Assembly: GCA_015486055.1 (NCBI GenBank)
Contig: WFSJ01000025.1
Coordinates: 1,189-65,188 of the forward strand
Direction: 5' to 3'
Source of the DNA: Acidobacteriota bacterium
Lineage (GTDB): Bacteria > Acidobacteriota > Aminicenantia > S016-38
DNA: 64,000 nucleotides
Positions 9,460 through 20,517 of this stretch are shown piece after piece. A model generated the notes under the pieces. That model saw only the letters and a program-made list of their open reading frames with translations, had not been told where the DNA came from and searched no databases. A program made the translations under genes and the position numbers. Each line of letters begins with the position of its first letter. Within the stretch, counting starts at the first letter, position 1.

Positions 9460-12400
9460 GGAGTATCCTCCAGTAAACAGGCCCAAAGACATTGGGAATA
9501 GTAACGGACTTCTGCTTTATTATTTTCATAGAACCAGGAGTTGAACCTGTAACATATATTTCATACTGACCGACAGTCAGGGAACCTCCTCCACCTAATC
9601 TTCCGCCCTGTCTTATTGCCGTAATATTTCCACCACATCCTGGAATAGATATCCTATAAGCTCTCATTTTCCCACCTGCTGAACACACATCACCTGTATC
9701 TGCGGGAGAATAAGTTGTAAAATAAAGGTTACCGAAGACAAAGGGATCATCAAAAAGCTTCTCACCAACCTCAGGGAATTTAAGCTTCCAACCTGAAGCC
9801 GAGGAGGCAACGGCAACTGATGGAGGGTTATTACTTTCATCAAATATGTCAGAGACGTCTGTAAGTATTGAGGAAATATCTTGAAGGTCGGACATACCGA
9901 TAGGCGTGGCTGGTATCCCATTGGGGTCCTTTATTCCAACAAACCACCAATCATTATCACTATTCTTGGGTTCATCCCTCCTTCCAGTTCCTGCATATAC
10001 CCATCTTCCTCCACAGGAATCAAGGGCAACAGTCACTTTCTGAAAGATATTCTGGTCATCCCCAAGCTCGGCAAGTTTTCCCATGTCCCAATCCGCTTTG
10101 TCTGTGCTGCTTATATCAACTTTCCATATATTACCCTTAATATCTCCCACATAAACTGTATCAACCACTCCATCGCTGTTGAGGTCAACTGCTACTGGGG
10201 TTCCAACCAATGAATGCAGGGCAGGTATAACTTTATATTGGTCTGACGGAGGATGAAGAGTAACAGTATTATTTCCCTGTGTAATGGTAACCGTTGGTTC
10301 ACTTCTCACAAAGGCCTTTATAACATCACCGCTTGTGGCATTCAATATAAAGAGGCCTGCCCCTTCATCTATGTCATCCCACTCGCTTGCCTGATGGTCA
10401 GATGGATAACCTCCTGTTGCAAATACAGCGTATACCTTGTCTTCCTCGCCATTAATTTTATATTTGACAACCCCAACCCTCGGTCTTCCCCAGGTTTGAC
10501 CTACAAATTGAGTCCAGTATTCACCCTTCCAGTGATGCTGATATGGAGGTGGTAAACACAGCTCCTTAAAATAGGGGGGACCTGCCTGGCCTGACTGAGG
10601 ACCACCAGCATTGTTCCAGAAAACTATGCAATCTACATCATCTGCAGGAGGAACAGCGGGAAACTCCCAGAGAACCCTTCCATAATGGCGGTTATTATCA
10701 TCATTATCGTAATCTTTGGTAGGGTCGGTTATATCCATGCCATAATACCTTTTTCCTCCCTGGCGAAGCCCAAATGTAAGAAAAGTAAAGAAATCTCTTT
10801 CATCAAAGGATTTGCTAAGGTCATTTAACCTAATATCAAGTGCGGTCATATAACCATCGGCTGAATAATCCCAGGAATTATTTATGGCTGTGCTTGTAAG
10901 CGTTGGAAGAGTATTTGTGGGAACGAGTTCCCTTACTCTCATTCCTGCATCGTAATGGGTGCCGTCATTTGTCCAATCTTTCAAAGTAACAGCATGAAGG
11001 GCACCATCATTTGTCCCGTAATACAGGAGCGGATTTCTATCTTTCCAATCATCATAGAACTCAGCATATTTTTTCCCATATATGTATTTGAGAAAGGCAA
11101 ATGGACTTCCAACCATAACCATATTTGAATGAAATGTATCACCGTGTCCCCAGTAATCTCCACTGGTGTCACAGTGAACTTCAAGATTTGTCCCTTGAGG
11201 GGTAAGGGTACATCCCAGCATGGCCGAATTTATTGGAGGGATGTTTGAAACCCTATCATAGGGAGGGGGAATTTTATAAAACTTTTTTATTTCTTCTGCC
11301 CGCGGGGTTTTAACAATATCCGAAAGTGCGAGAGTTTTTGTATATGTATATGTGAAAATTTTTGATAAAAGATTATCCCTGACAAGTTCAGAGTTAAGGT
11401 TCTTACTTTTCAGATAATTGGTGAGCACAAGTCCTGCATCCCACTTAGAATTGGTGGGGTTTCCATCAGCATCCACAGGAAATTCTCCGTTCTTTAATTC
11501 ATAGGCCTCGAGATGTCCTTTCCAGAATCTTGAATCTTCTCTCGGCCGAAACCAGCTTATAAATCCATAATCTTCTTCTGTAGTAACGGTTTTAGGAGCC
11601 GAAATAGGAGCATAAGAAGATGTTGTTTGAAGTATATAATGAATGGCGCTTCTTATACTCTTAACCAACTCCGAATAATTCTGGGCATTATAATACTGAC
11701 CTCCTCCTTCCTGCGCCGTGTGCTGAAGAAGTTGGGAATCCCCACTCCTAAATTTTATGGTATAGGTGGTAAGGTTCTGATCCCCATCAAGATCGGATCT
11801 TAGATCATGGTTATACAACCACCAAGATACATCATCAAGAAGATGGCTATCCCATTTTTTTACATCATTTAAGTTGTTATCATTATCCAGATCATAAAGA
11901 TCGCTACACTCTCCTTTAAGGTCAGGAATGTATGGTGAATACTCGCAATCGGTTGCGCCGTCACATGAGCATTCAAAATTATCTGAGGTAGGAGATCCAT
12001 CAGTCATGAGGATGGTAAAATTTTTCTGACACCATGCAGTTATGGGAGAAGGACAGGGACCGTTCTCGCACTTATCCCCAGTGAGCCCTTCAGCGAAATA
12101 CTCTCCCGCAGAATCCAAAGTTTCTGCAAGTGGGGTATATCCATATGGGTCTATATCATAAACAGTATTCATCATATCATGTCTCCATTTCGTACACTGG
12201 TCTGAGTCAGACTGGCTACACTTGTCTGGGTCAGAAACATCCTTTATAGGATATACTATTTTCCCTCCAATACTCTTATAGCGAGAATATCCCGTCTGAT
12301 GAAAATCCATAAATCCTATATCAAGTTCATTCCTGAAATCATCAATAAGTTCAATGAGTATCCTTTTAGCAGCTTCCAGTCGCTTAGCATAGTACTCTCC

Positions 12401-12664
12401 ACAACAAGAGCTACACTTAGAAAAGGTGAAAGTTTTCCATCCATCGGAGGTGGTATAAGTTTTAAAATTGTTGTAAGCTGCTTCGTCACCTATCAAAACA
12501 TCGCAGGTATCCATGGAGCCTGACTGGTCCAGCACAAACAAAAGGTTTGGCTTTGCGTACATGGTAAAGAAAACCCTATCATCTGTTGCAGAATTCCCTT
12601 GTGAAAATACTAATTTTGGAATCAAGAACGAAATGAAAGAAACTGCAAGAAATATTTTCCTCAT
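9449..12664 (-). CDS. pilY1: PilY1/PilC pilus-tip adhesin with vWA domain
   Basis: Signal peptide; MIDAS DQSGSM, TPLAETL, MTDG; C-terminal propeller with GTNDGALHA, GLRQGG, Ca-binding DLNSDGVVD, YVGDIKGNIWK. Confidence 0.9.
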   Translation of the reverse strand: MRKIFLAVSFISFLIPKLVFSQGNSATDDRVFFTMYAKPNLLFVLDQSGSMDTCDVLIGDEAAYNNFKTYTTSDGWKTFTFSKCSSCCGEYYAKRLEAAKRILIELIDDFRNELDIGFMDFHQTGYSRYKSIGGKIVYPIKDVSDPDKCSQSDSDQCTKWRHDMMNTVYDIDPYGYTPLAETLDSAGEYFAEGLTGDKCENGPCPSPITAWCQKNFTILMTDGSPTSDNFECSCDGATDCEYSPYIPDLKGECSDLYDLDNDNNLNDVKKWDSHLLDDVSWWLYNHDLRSDLDGDQNLTTYTIKFRSGDSQLLQHTAQEGGGQYYNAQNYSELVKSIRSAIHYILQTTSSYAPISAPKTVTTEEDYGFISWFRPREDSRFWKGHLEAYELKNGEFPVDADGNPTNSKWDAGLVLTNYLKSKNLNSELVRDNLLSKIFTYTYTKTLALSDIVKTPRAEEIKKFYKIPPPYDRVSNIPPINSAMLGCTLTPQGTNLEVHCDTSGDYWGHGDTFHSNMVMVGSPFAFLKYIYGKKYAEFYDDWKDRNPLLYYGTNDGALHAVTLKDWTNDGTHYDAGMRVRELVPTNTLPTLTSTAINNSWDYSADGYMTALDIRLNDLSKSFDERDFFTFLTFGLRQGGKRYYGMDITDPTKDYDNDDNNRHYGRVLWEFPAVPPADDVDCIVFWNNAGGPQSGQAGPPYFKELCLPPPYQHHWKGEYWTQFVGQTWGRPRVGVVKYKINGEEDKVYAVFATGGYPSDHQASEWDDIDEGAGLFILNATSGDVIKAFVRSEPTVTITQGNNTVTLHPPSDQYKVIPALHSLVGTPVAVDLNSDGVVDTVYVGDIKGNIWKVDISSTDKADWDMGKLAELGDDQNIFQKVTVALDSCGGRWVYAGTGRRDEPKNSDNDWWFVGIKDPNGIPATPIGMSDLQDISSILTDVSDIFDESNNPPSVAVASSASGWKLKFPEVGEKLFDDPFVFGNLYFTTYSPADTGDVCSAGGKMRAYRISIPGCGGNITAIRQGGRLGGGGSLTVGQYEIYVTGSTPGSMKIIKQKSVTIPNVFGPVYWRILHEE

Positions 12665-12700
12665 CGTTTCCTCCTTATCTTAACTTTACAATCTATTATC

Positions 12701-12716
12701 AGCAAATTCCATGCCA
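12701..12716 (-). promoter_or_regulatory. Sigma-54 (-24/-12) promoter of the pilY1 operon
   Basis: Minus strand TGGCAT-GGAAT-TTGCT matches TGGCAC-N5-TTGCW. It lies 36 nt upstream of the pilY1 ATG, which has an AAGGAGG SD. Confidence 0.8.
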
Positions 12717-12731
12717 GAGTTTTCTCCCCAT

Positions 12732-12760
12732 AAATAAAAAAAGGGAGGCAAAAGCCTCCC
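12732..12760 (-). terminator. Rho-independent terminator after groEL
   Basis: Minus strand GGGAGGC-TTTT-GCCTCCC followed by TTTTTTTATTT. Confidence 0.88.
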
Positions 12761-12792
12761 CTTTATTGCGTGTAATTTTTACCCGATTTTCT

Positions 12793-14424
<1,632 letters not shown>

Positions 14425-14715
14425 TTACTTTTTTATTATGGCCAGTATTTCATCCTCTCGCAGGATTACATACTCCTCGCCCCCCAATTTCACATCCGTC
14501 CCTGAGTACTTTCCAATGAGAACTTTATCCCCGGTTTTAACACTCAGTGGAATTTTCTGCCCATTCTCAAGGATTTTACCATCTCCTACAGCTATAACCT
14601 CTGCTTGTTGGGGTTTTTCCTTTGCCGTATCCGGGATAATAATCCCTCCCTTTCTAACTTCCCCTTCCTCTAACCTCTTGAGGATAACTCTGTCGTACAA
14701 TGGTTTTAGTTCCAT
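14425..14715 (-). CDS. groS: Co-chaperonin GroES
   Basis: [26 protein letters not shown]. Confidence 0.99.
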   Translation of the reverse strand: MELKPLYDRVILKRLEEGEVRKGGIIIPDTAKEKPQQAEVIAVGDGKILENGQKIPLSVKTGDKVLIGKYSGTDVKLGGEEYVILREDEILAIIKK

Positions 14716-14830
14716 TCCTTACCTCCTTATCATTTTTTACATTTTGATTATAGCAAAATTAGCATATAAGAACTCAAATGAAATCTCTTTAGAATATGTT
14801 TAGATTTTTTTTACTTTTATCTTATTTCTA

Positions 14831-15043
14831 CTATTTTCTCTTGATCTTATATTTTTTTATTTTTCCAGCGAGGGTATTTCTATGGAGACCAAGGAGGGCA
14901 GCAGCATCCTTTATTTTTCCCCCATTTATTTTCAGAGCTTCCTTTATGTAAATTTTCTCCACCACCTCCTCAAATTCTTCCAATGTGACACCTGAATTAA
15001 TAAGATACCTTATTATTTTCTCAAGTTCTTCTCCGATTTCCAT
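14831..15043 (-). CDS. Small Fis-type HTH protein
   Basis: EKIYIKEAL...AAALLGLHRNTL, an HTH_8 pattern. Confidence 0.8.
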   Translation of the reverse strand: MEIGEELEKIIRYLINSGVTLEEFEEVVEKIYIKEALKINGGKIKDAAALLGLHRNTLAGKIKKYKIKRK

Positions 15044-15510
15044 CTCTCCCTCCAGATTTTCTCTACCTGTCCTGCCATATAAAGCCCTGATGAGTAAATA
15101 TATGGTCCTGTTTTAGAGAATACAACAAAGTTTTTCGTGGAATTAAAAGAGACCAAAAAAATGCAAATAACTGAGAGAAACAAAAATGCCTTAAAGACTG
15201 CAAAGATCGCACCAAATATCCTATCTAAGAGCCCAATGGGGCCCTTTATAAAAAAAGAAATAATTATTGAACCTATGGCAAACGCTATATAAGTCGCAAG
15301 AAATGTAAGGGCAATGGAAGCAAGAACGAGAATCCCTCTCTCTTTTATGTATGGCGAAAGATAAGAGACGGCCTTATCATAATGGAAAACTGCTAAATAC
15401 GCAGCAGTTAAAAGCCCGGCAAGAGAGATAAATTGACGAAGAAATCCTCTTATAAAACCATAAAAAAAGGCGATAACCAAAATCAAAATAACTATAAGGT
15501 CAAAGAGCAT
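15013..15510 (-). CDS. cvpA: CvpA family membrane protein
   Basis: FDLIV...GFIRGFLRQ, LDRIFGAIF; 4 TM. Confidence 0.85.
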   Translation of the reverse strand: MLFDLIVILILVIAFFYGFIRGFLRQFISLAGLLTAAYLAVFHYDKAVSYLSPYIKERGILVLASIALTFLATYIAFAIGSIIISFFIKGPIGLLDRIFGAIFAVFKAFLFLSVICIFLVSFNSTKNFVVFSKTGPYIYSSGLYMAGQVEKIWRERWKSEKNLRK

Positions 15511-16345
15511 CCTTCCTCCTTCTCATTTCTTCCACTACACTATAAGGGCAAAAATAATCTCCCAGTTTTATCCATGGTTTTCTTTTACCGTGAAAATCAC
15601 TCCCACAGGTTTTTACGAGGGAATATTTAGATGCCAGCTCTGAATAGAATTTGATTTGCTCGCGCGAATGATAGGAGCTTTCTGCCTCTATTCCTTCAAG
15701 GCCAGCTTCCCTGAGATATCTAATCTCTTCCTCTGAAAAGGGCACAAAAGCTCCAGGATGAGCAAGGACAGGCAGAGATATTAATTTTCTGACCCTGCTT
15801 ATAGCCTTTTCAGTTGGCATGTAAACCCTCTCAACGAAGGCGGGTTTCCCTGGGAGGAAGTAATCATTATAAAAAGCCCTTATAGGATCCTTCGCTTTCT
15901 TATAGCTCCCAAGGGAATGATTTTCTATAACAAGTTCTGCGATTATCGGTCCTGTCGGTGGAGTGCCCTTGCTCCTCTTTAGAACTTCATTCATGGGAAC
16001 AGGCATTCCTAAGGCTTCTAATTTCTCCAATCTTCTTCTCGTCAATTCCATTCGCGTTGTTTCTATCTCCTTAATCAGGGAGACGGCTTCATTCTCATCA
16101 AGAAAATAAGCGAGTAGGTGTGTCTCTCTCCCTCTGAATCCTGTGGTAAATTCAACGCCCTTTATAATTTCAATTCCCAACCGGCTGCCGTAATTATAAG
16201 CTTCAGGGTAAGCTTTCATTGTGTCATGGTCAGTTATTGAAAGGGCTGAGAAACCGAGGGATTTCATTTTCCTTATTATCTCCTCCGGGGGAACCTCTCC
16301 ATCTGAACTAAAAACAGAATGAATGTGAAGATCAACCTTTTTCAT
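15500..16345 (-). CDS. PHP-domain phosphoesterase (TrpH/YciV-like)
   Basis: DLHIHSVFSSDG, ITDHDT, LAHP, GSDFHG. Start reassigned to MKKVDL. Confidence 0.88.
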   Translation of the reverse strand: MKKVDLHIHSVFSSDGEVPPEEIIRKMKSLGFSALSITDHDTMKAYPEAYNYGSRLGIEIIKGVEFTTGFRGRETHLLAYFLDENEAVSLIKEIETTRMELTRRRLEKLEALGMPVPMNEVLKRSKGTPPTGPIIAELVIENHSLGSYKKAKDPIRAFYNDYFLPGKPAFVERVYMPTEKAISRVRKLISLPVLAHPGAFVPFSEEEIRYLREAGLEGIEAESSYHSREQIKFYSELASKYSLVKTCGSDFHGKRKPWIKLGDYFCPYSVVEEMRRRKDAL

Positions 16346-17168
16346 CAAAAAGCCTCCTGAGAGCCTCCTTATATTTTTCAACTGTCCTAAAAACTATTTC
16401 CTCTGGAAGATAGGGAGGTGTGGTTTTTCTATCCCAATCTGTGCTTAACAGATAGTCCCTTACAAACTGCTTATCAAAGCTCGGCTGGGGCTTCCCTGGT
16501 TCATAGGATTCAAGTGGCCAGAATCTTGAAGAATCTGGTGTAAGAAGCTCATCTATAAGGATTGGCCTGCCATTTAGAAACCCGAATTCAAGCTTGGTAT
16601 CAGCAATGATTATTCCCTTCTTTAAAGCATATTCATGAGCCCTTGTGTAAATTTCTATGGATTTTCTCATAAGCTCATCTGAAAATTCCCCAGCTATTTC
16701 CCTGTATTCTTCAATGGATATTGGAAGATCGTGACCTTCCCTTGCCTTTGTTGTCGGGGTAAAAAAAGGATGCGGAAGCTTCCCGCTTTCCTTTAGTCCT
16801 TCTCCCACTTCTTGGCCAAAGAGAGTCCCGGTCTTTTTATACTCCCTCCATCCGCTCCCTGCAAGGTATCCCCTTATAACAAATTCAACAGGAATCGGCT
16901 TAGCTTTTCTTACGAGCATTGCTCTTCCCCTGAATTTTTCTGGCACTCCCTTTATCCTTTCATATTTCCATTCAACAAGATGATTTGGGACATCCCTGAA
17001 GAAATTAAACCAGAGTATACTCATCCTTGTGAGGATTTTCCCTTTCTTAGGGATTAGGCTTGGAAGTATAAAATCAAAGGCAGAGATTCTGTCAGTTGCA
17101 ACAATAAGGAGATGGTCCTTATCGTAAATATAAATATCTCTCACCTTTCCCCTTTTGAAAAGTTTCAT
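16332..17168 (-). CDS. purC: SAICAR synthetase
   Basis: RGKVRDIY, TDRISAFD, IADTKLEFG, LTPDSSRFW, DKQFVRD. Confidence 0.97.
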   Translation of the reverse strand: MKLFKRGKVRDIYIYDKDHLLIVATDRISAFDFILPSLIPKKGKILTRMSILWFNFFRDVPNHLVEWKYERIKGVPEKFRGRAMLVRKAKPIPVEFVIRGYLAGSGWREYKKTGTLFGQEVGEGLKESGKLPHPFFTPTTKAREGHDLPISIEEYREIAGEFSDELMRKSIEIYTRAHEYALKKGIIIADTKLEFGFLNGRPILIDELLTPDSSRFWPLESYEPGKPQPSFDKQFVRDYLLSTDWDRKTTPPYLPEEIVFRTVEKYKEALRRLFDEKG

Positions 17169-17237
17169 AATCAGATATTAGCAAAATGAATTTTCTTTTA
17201 CAAGTTTATTGGAAATTTCATCTGAATTTGCAAAAAT

Positions 17238-18497
17238 TCACAGGAAGTTGTTCTTCATTCTTTCCCTCAGATAATCTTTAGTTCTTTCAAAGATTCCTGC
17301 CTGTTCTTCTATAACTTTTTCCGCTCCTTCCCAGTTCATCGCAGCTACTTCTCTTATATAGGAAGCTGTCCTCCCGAAATAAAGAGGGGTCATAATGTTT
17401 ACGAGCCTCCTCCTGTTTCTCCTCCACGTATGGTATGTATATGCAAAATCATAAATGATTTTTGCCCACAATTCCGATGAAACCTCAAGATCGTTTCCTT
17501 CTTCTTTTTCAATATAAGCCTGAGTAAGTCCTTCAAATGATTTGGCGGATAATATGGCTTTATAAAATGCCTCAAAATGTTTGAACCCTTCCACGAACTC
17601 TATCTCCATTTTGTTTATATTTACAGAAATTCCCGGAATATCAGGGGAGGAATTCAACCCCGGGAGCACTGGAACGGACTTGCTTCCTCCCGTTTCCATC
17701 CACTTTCCCCTGTATTCTCCCATAAGATAAAAAAGGGTGGAGACTACCTGAGTGAACATCTGGGAAAGGTCTGCTGCCGGGTCCTTGGGGTCGTGAATTT
17801 TTACCCCAAGGTCAGCTTGGGCAATTTTTTCTTTTTCATTCATAGCTATTGTGCTCATCCATACATCTATACCAAACTTGGCGACATCTGTATCCCATAC
17901 ATCCTTTGATATATAGAACTCAGCCATTTCACCTGAAATGCCGAAGTCACCGCCAATGGGTTGTCTCACCCTTTTACCATAAAGAGCTCTTAGTAGAGGA
18001 TATACAATCATATTCGTTATTGTGCCATCGTATTTATGTCTCCTATAATAGGGAAACACAAATTCGTAACCTTCTTTTATCACAGCCTCCCCTAAAAGCT
18101 TTACCCACTCAGGGGTTAAACTCCTGAGGTCAGAGTCAAAAACCACAACAGCTTTCGTGCCGAAATGAGAGGCAGCTTCAAACACGGCCCTGAAAGATGT
18201 TCCTTTACCAGGTAGGCCCCTGTAAATGTCAACATTTTTTTTCACTCCCCTTGGTATCTCCACCATCAAAGCATTTTCCCTCGTGTTGTCGGTAGAGCCC
18301 CCATCTGCCACGAAAATCCCTGTTTTCAGGTTAGGAAAATACTTTCTAAGGCCGAGCCCAGTCTGGGAAATAACATAAGATATCGTTTCCTCATTATTAT
18401 AACAGGGAATGCCAACAAGAAGATCAAGTTTCCCAACCTTTTCTATCCATCTCAGAGTATTGTCTCTCAGAGCTGAATCGTATTTCTTAAAGGACAT
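17238..18497 (-). CDS. Glucosylglycerate/mannosylglycerate synthase-like GT-A glycosyltransferase
   Basis: GIPCYNNEETI, DGGSTDNT, GKG, DSDL, RHKYDGTITN, RQPIGGDF, FGIDVW, KIHDPKDP. Start reassigned to MSFKKY (GAGGTG SD). Confidence 0.72.
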   Translation of the reverse strand: MSFKKYDSALRDNTLRWIEKVGKLDLLVGIPCYNNEETISYVISQTGLGLRKYFPNLKTGIFVADGGSTDNTRENALMVEIPRGVKKNVDIYRGLPGKGTSFRAVFEAASHFGTKAVVVFDSDLRSLTPEWVKLLGEAVIKEGYEFVFPYYRRHKYDGTITNMIVYPLLRALYGKRVRQPIGGDFGISGEMAEFYISKDVWDTDVAKFGIDVWMSTIAMNEKEKIAQADLGVKIHDPKDPAADLSQMFTQVVSTLFYLMGEYRGKWMETGGSKSVPVLPGLNSSPDIPGISVNINKMEIEFVEGFKHFEAFYKAILSAKSFEGLTQAYIEKEEGNDLEVSSELWAKIIYDFAYTYHTWRRNRRRLVNIMTPLYFGRTASYIREVAAMNWEGAEKVIEEQAGIFERTKDYLRERMKNNFL

Positions 18498-19677
18498 TTC
18501 CACCTCCAGAAATTCCCTTGTAATATTCAAGGACTCGCTTAATTATGGTTTTACTGACTTTCTCCTTTGATGCTCTTTCAATCCTCTTTGTTCTCCCATC
18601 CCTGAAGATCAGATAACCTTCGTTCTCCTCAGCGCTGAATCCCACTCCGCTTCTCACAGGGTTTACAAATAAAATGTCCGCTTCCTTTTCAAGCAGTTTC
18701 TTCTTTCCTCTCTCAATAAAATCTCTGGCCTCTGCAGCAAAGGCAACTATTACTTGGTGTTCTCTCTTTTTTTGCGATATCTCTTTTAAAATATCATGAG
18801 TCATCCCAAACTCAATGTTTAGCTTGCCTTCCCTTTTTATCTTTTCTTTAAATCTCCTTACAGGTTTAAAGTCGCCAACTGCTGCTGTCATAAAAAAAAT
18901 GTCAAAATCTCTTCCCTTCAACCTCTTCCTTAACTCATCTACCGCATCAAATCTTTCCGTTTTAACAAATGTTTTCTCACAGGAAGAGGCAGAAAGTAGA
19001 AGGAGAACATCTGCTCCCATAAGGGCTGCTTCATGTGCTATCGCAACTCCTTGCTTACCAGAAGAGGAATTTGAGATAAATCTAACATCGTCAATAAATT
19101 CCCTCGTTGCTCCCGCCGTAACCAGAACTTTCACCCTTTTCATTTCCTTTCCAAGGCCTGAAATTACATTGAAAACTATCCTTTTTGGTTCTGCCAGTCT
19201 CCCTTCCCCCTCTTCCTTACATGCAAGATATCCTGACTCAGGCTCAATTATGAAAACCCCATCCTCTTTCAATCTCTTAAGATTCCGCTGGGTTGCAGGA
19301 TGAAGGAGCATTTCCTCATTCATAGCAGGAGCTAAAAACACAGGCTTTTTACAGGCTAAATAAAGGGAACTTAAAAAATCATCTGCTATACCGCAGGAAA
19401 ATTTTGCAATTACATCAGCGGTGGCAGGAGCAATTAAGAGAGCCTCCGAGTTCTCACACAGTTCAATATGTTCAAGACCACTTTTTAAATCTCTAAACTG
19501 GCTCGTTATTACATCTTCTCCTGATAAAGACCGGAAGGTAAGAGGAGATACAAAATTGGTGGAGTTTTCGGTCATAACAACCTTTACAGCCCATCCTCTT
19601 TTCTGGAACTCCCTGAGAATTTCAATAGCTTTGTATGCAGATATTGATGCTGTAACTCCAAGAATTACTTTCTTCAT
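18487..19677 (-). CDS. coaBC: Bifunctional phosphopantothenoylcysteine decarboxylase/ligase
   Basis: SISAYKA, HIEL, APATA, APAMN, GYLAC...GEGRL, TAGATRE, SNSSSGK. Confidence 0.96.
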   Translation of the reverse strand: MKKVILGVTASISAYKAIEILREFQKRGWAVKVVMTENSTNFVSPLTFRSLSGEDVITSQFRDLKSGLEHIELCENSEALLIAPATADVIAKFSCGIADDFLSSLYLACKKPVFLAPAMNEEMLLHPATQRNLKRLKEDGVFIIEPESGYLACKEEGEGRLAEPKRIVFNVISGLGKEMKRVKVLVTAGATREFIDDVRFISNSSSGKQGVAIAHEAALMGADVLLLLSASSCEKTFVKTERFDAVDELRKRLKGRDFDIFFMTAAVGDFKPVRRFKEKIKREGKLNIEFGMTHDILKEISQKKREHQVIVAFAAEARDFIERGKKKLLEKEADILFVNPVRSGVGFSAEENEGYLIFRDGRTKRIERASKEKVSKTIIKRVLEYYKGISGGGNVL

Positions 19678-20270
19678 AAGAGTTCCTTTACGAATTCCTC
19701 CATTCTCCTGGTTCTCAGTCTTTCTCCTTTTATTATGGAAGATACTCCATCCACTGCTACTTCAAGTTTGTCATTTACTACTATATGAGTGAAAACATTG
19801 TAAAGGGAGAGTTCAAATACTGATTTTTCAAACCTTTCTTTTATAGCCTTTTCAGATGTATCCTTTCTGCCCTTCAGTCTCCTCAAAAGCTCTTCCCTTG
19901 ATGGAGGAACAATCAGGATTCTTATACTATTCGGAAATAATTTCTTAATAGAAATAGCCCCCTGAATATCTATATCAAGAAGCACATCTCCTTGCTTTCT
20001 TCTCTTGTTGAGTTCCTTCTTTGAAGTGCCGTAAAAATGGTTATATACCTCAGCCCATTCAGCAAATTCATTTTCGTCTATCATCCTCATAAATTCTTCC
20101 CTAGAAACGAAATAGTAATCTCTTCCGTTCTTCTCCTTCCCCCTTGGCCCTCTCGTTGTGTGGGAAACTGAGAATACAATACTCTCTAAATTATTCATTA
20201 CTCCTCTTGCTACCGATGTCTTCCCAGCGCCGGATGGTCCCGAAACAACAATTATAAGGTTTCTATTCAC
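19674..20270 (-). CDS. gmk: Guanylate kinase
   Basis: SGPSGAGKT, SVSHTTR, YGTS, DIDIQG. Confidence 0.97.
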   Translation of the reverse strand: MNRNLIIVVSGPSGAGKTSVARGVMNNLESIVFSVSHTTRGPRGKEKNGRDYYFVSREEFMRMIDENEFAEWAEVYNHFYGTSKKELNKRRKQGDVLLDIDIQGAISIKKLFPNSIRILIVPPSREELLRRLKGRKDTSEKAIKERFEKSVFELSLYNVFTHIVVNDKLEVAVDGVSSIIKGERLRTRRMEEFVKELL

Positions 20271-20517
20271 CTGTAATATCCCCCTCTATTCTCATAATTA
20301 CAGTGGTTGGAGAGATAGCAGATACTATGATGTGTCCGCTGTCAGTCACTATCACAGTTTTCTCCTGTCTTCCCATGGTGGCATCTATAAGCATTCCCCT
20401 CTCCTTGGCAGAATCTTTCAACCTTTTTACAGGAAGGGAATCAACAGAAAGGATTGCTATAATTCTATCTCTCATTACGGCATTTCCAAATCCTATGTGA
20501 ATCATCTTGTTCATCAT
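20263..20517 (-). CDS. remA: RemA/DUF370 family protein
   Basis: IHIGFGNAV, LIDATMGR, VTDSGH; conserved position between yloC and gmk. Confidence 0.9.
   Translation of the reverse strand: MMNKMIHIGFGNAVMRDRIIAILSVDSLPVKRLKDSAKERGMLIDATMGRQEKTVIVTDSGHIIVSAISPTTVIMRIEGDITGE

Noticed and set aside
14716-14830. CIRCE or HAIR element upstream of groES
   Set aside because: Only a partial TTAGCA is present; no TTAGCACTC-N9-GAGTGCTAA or CTTGAGT-N7-ACTCAAG.
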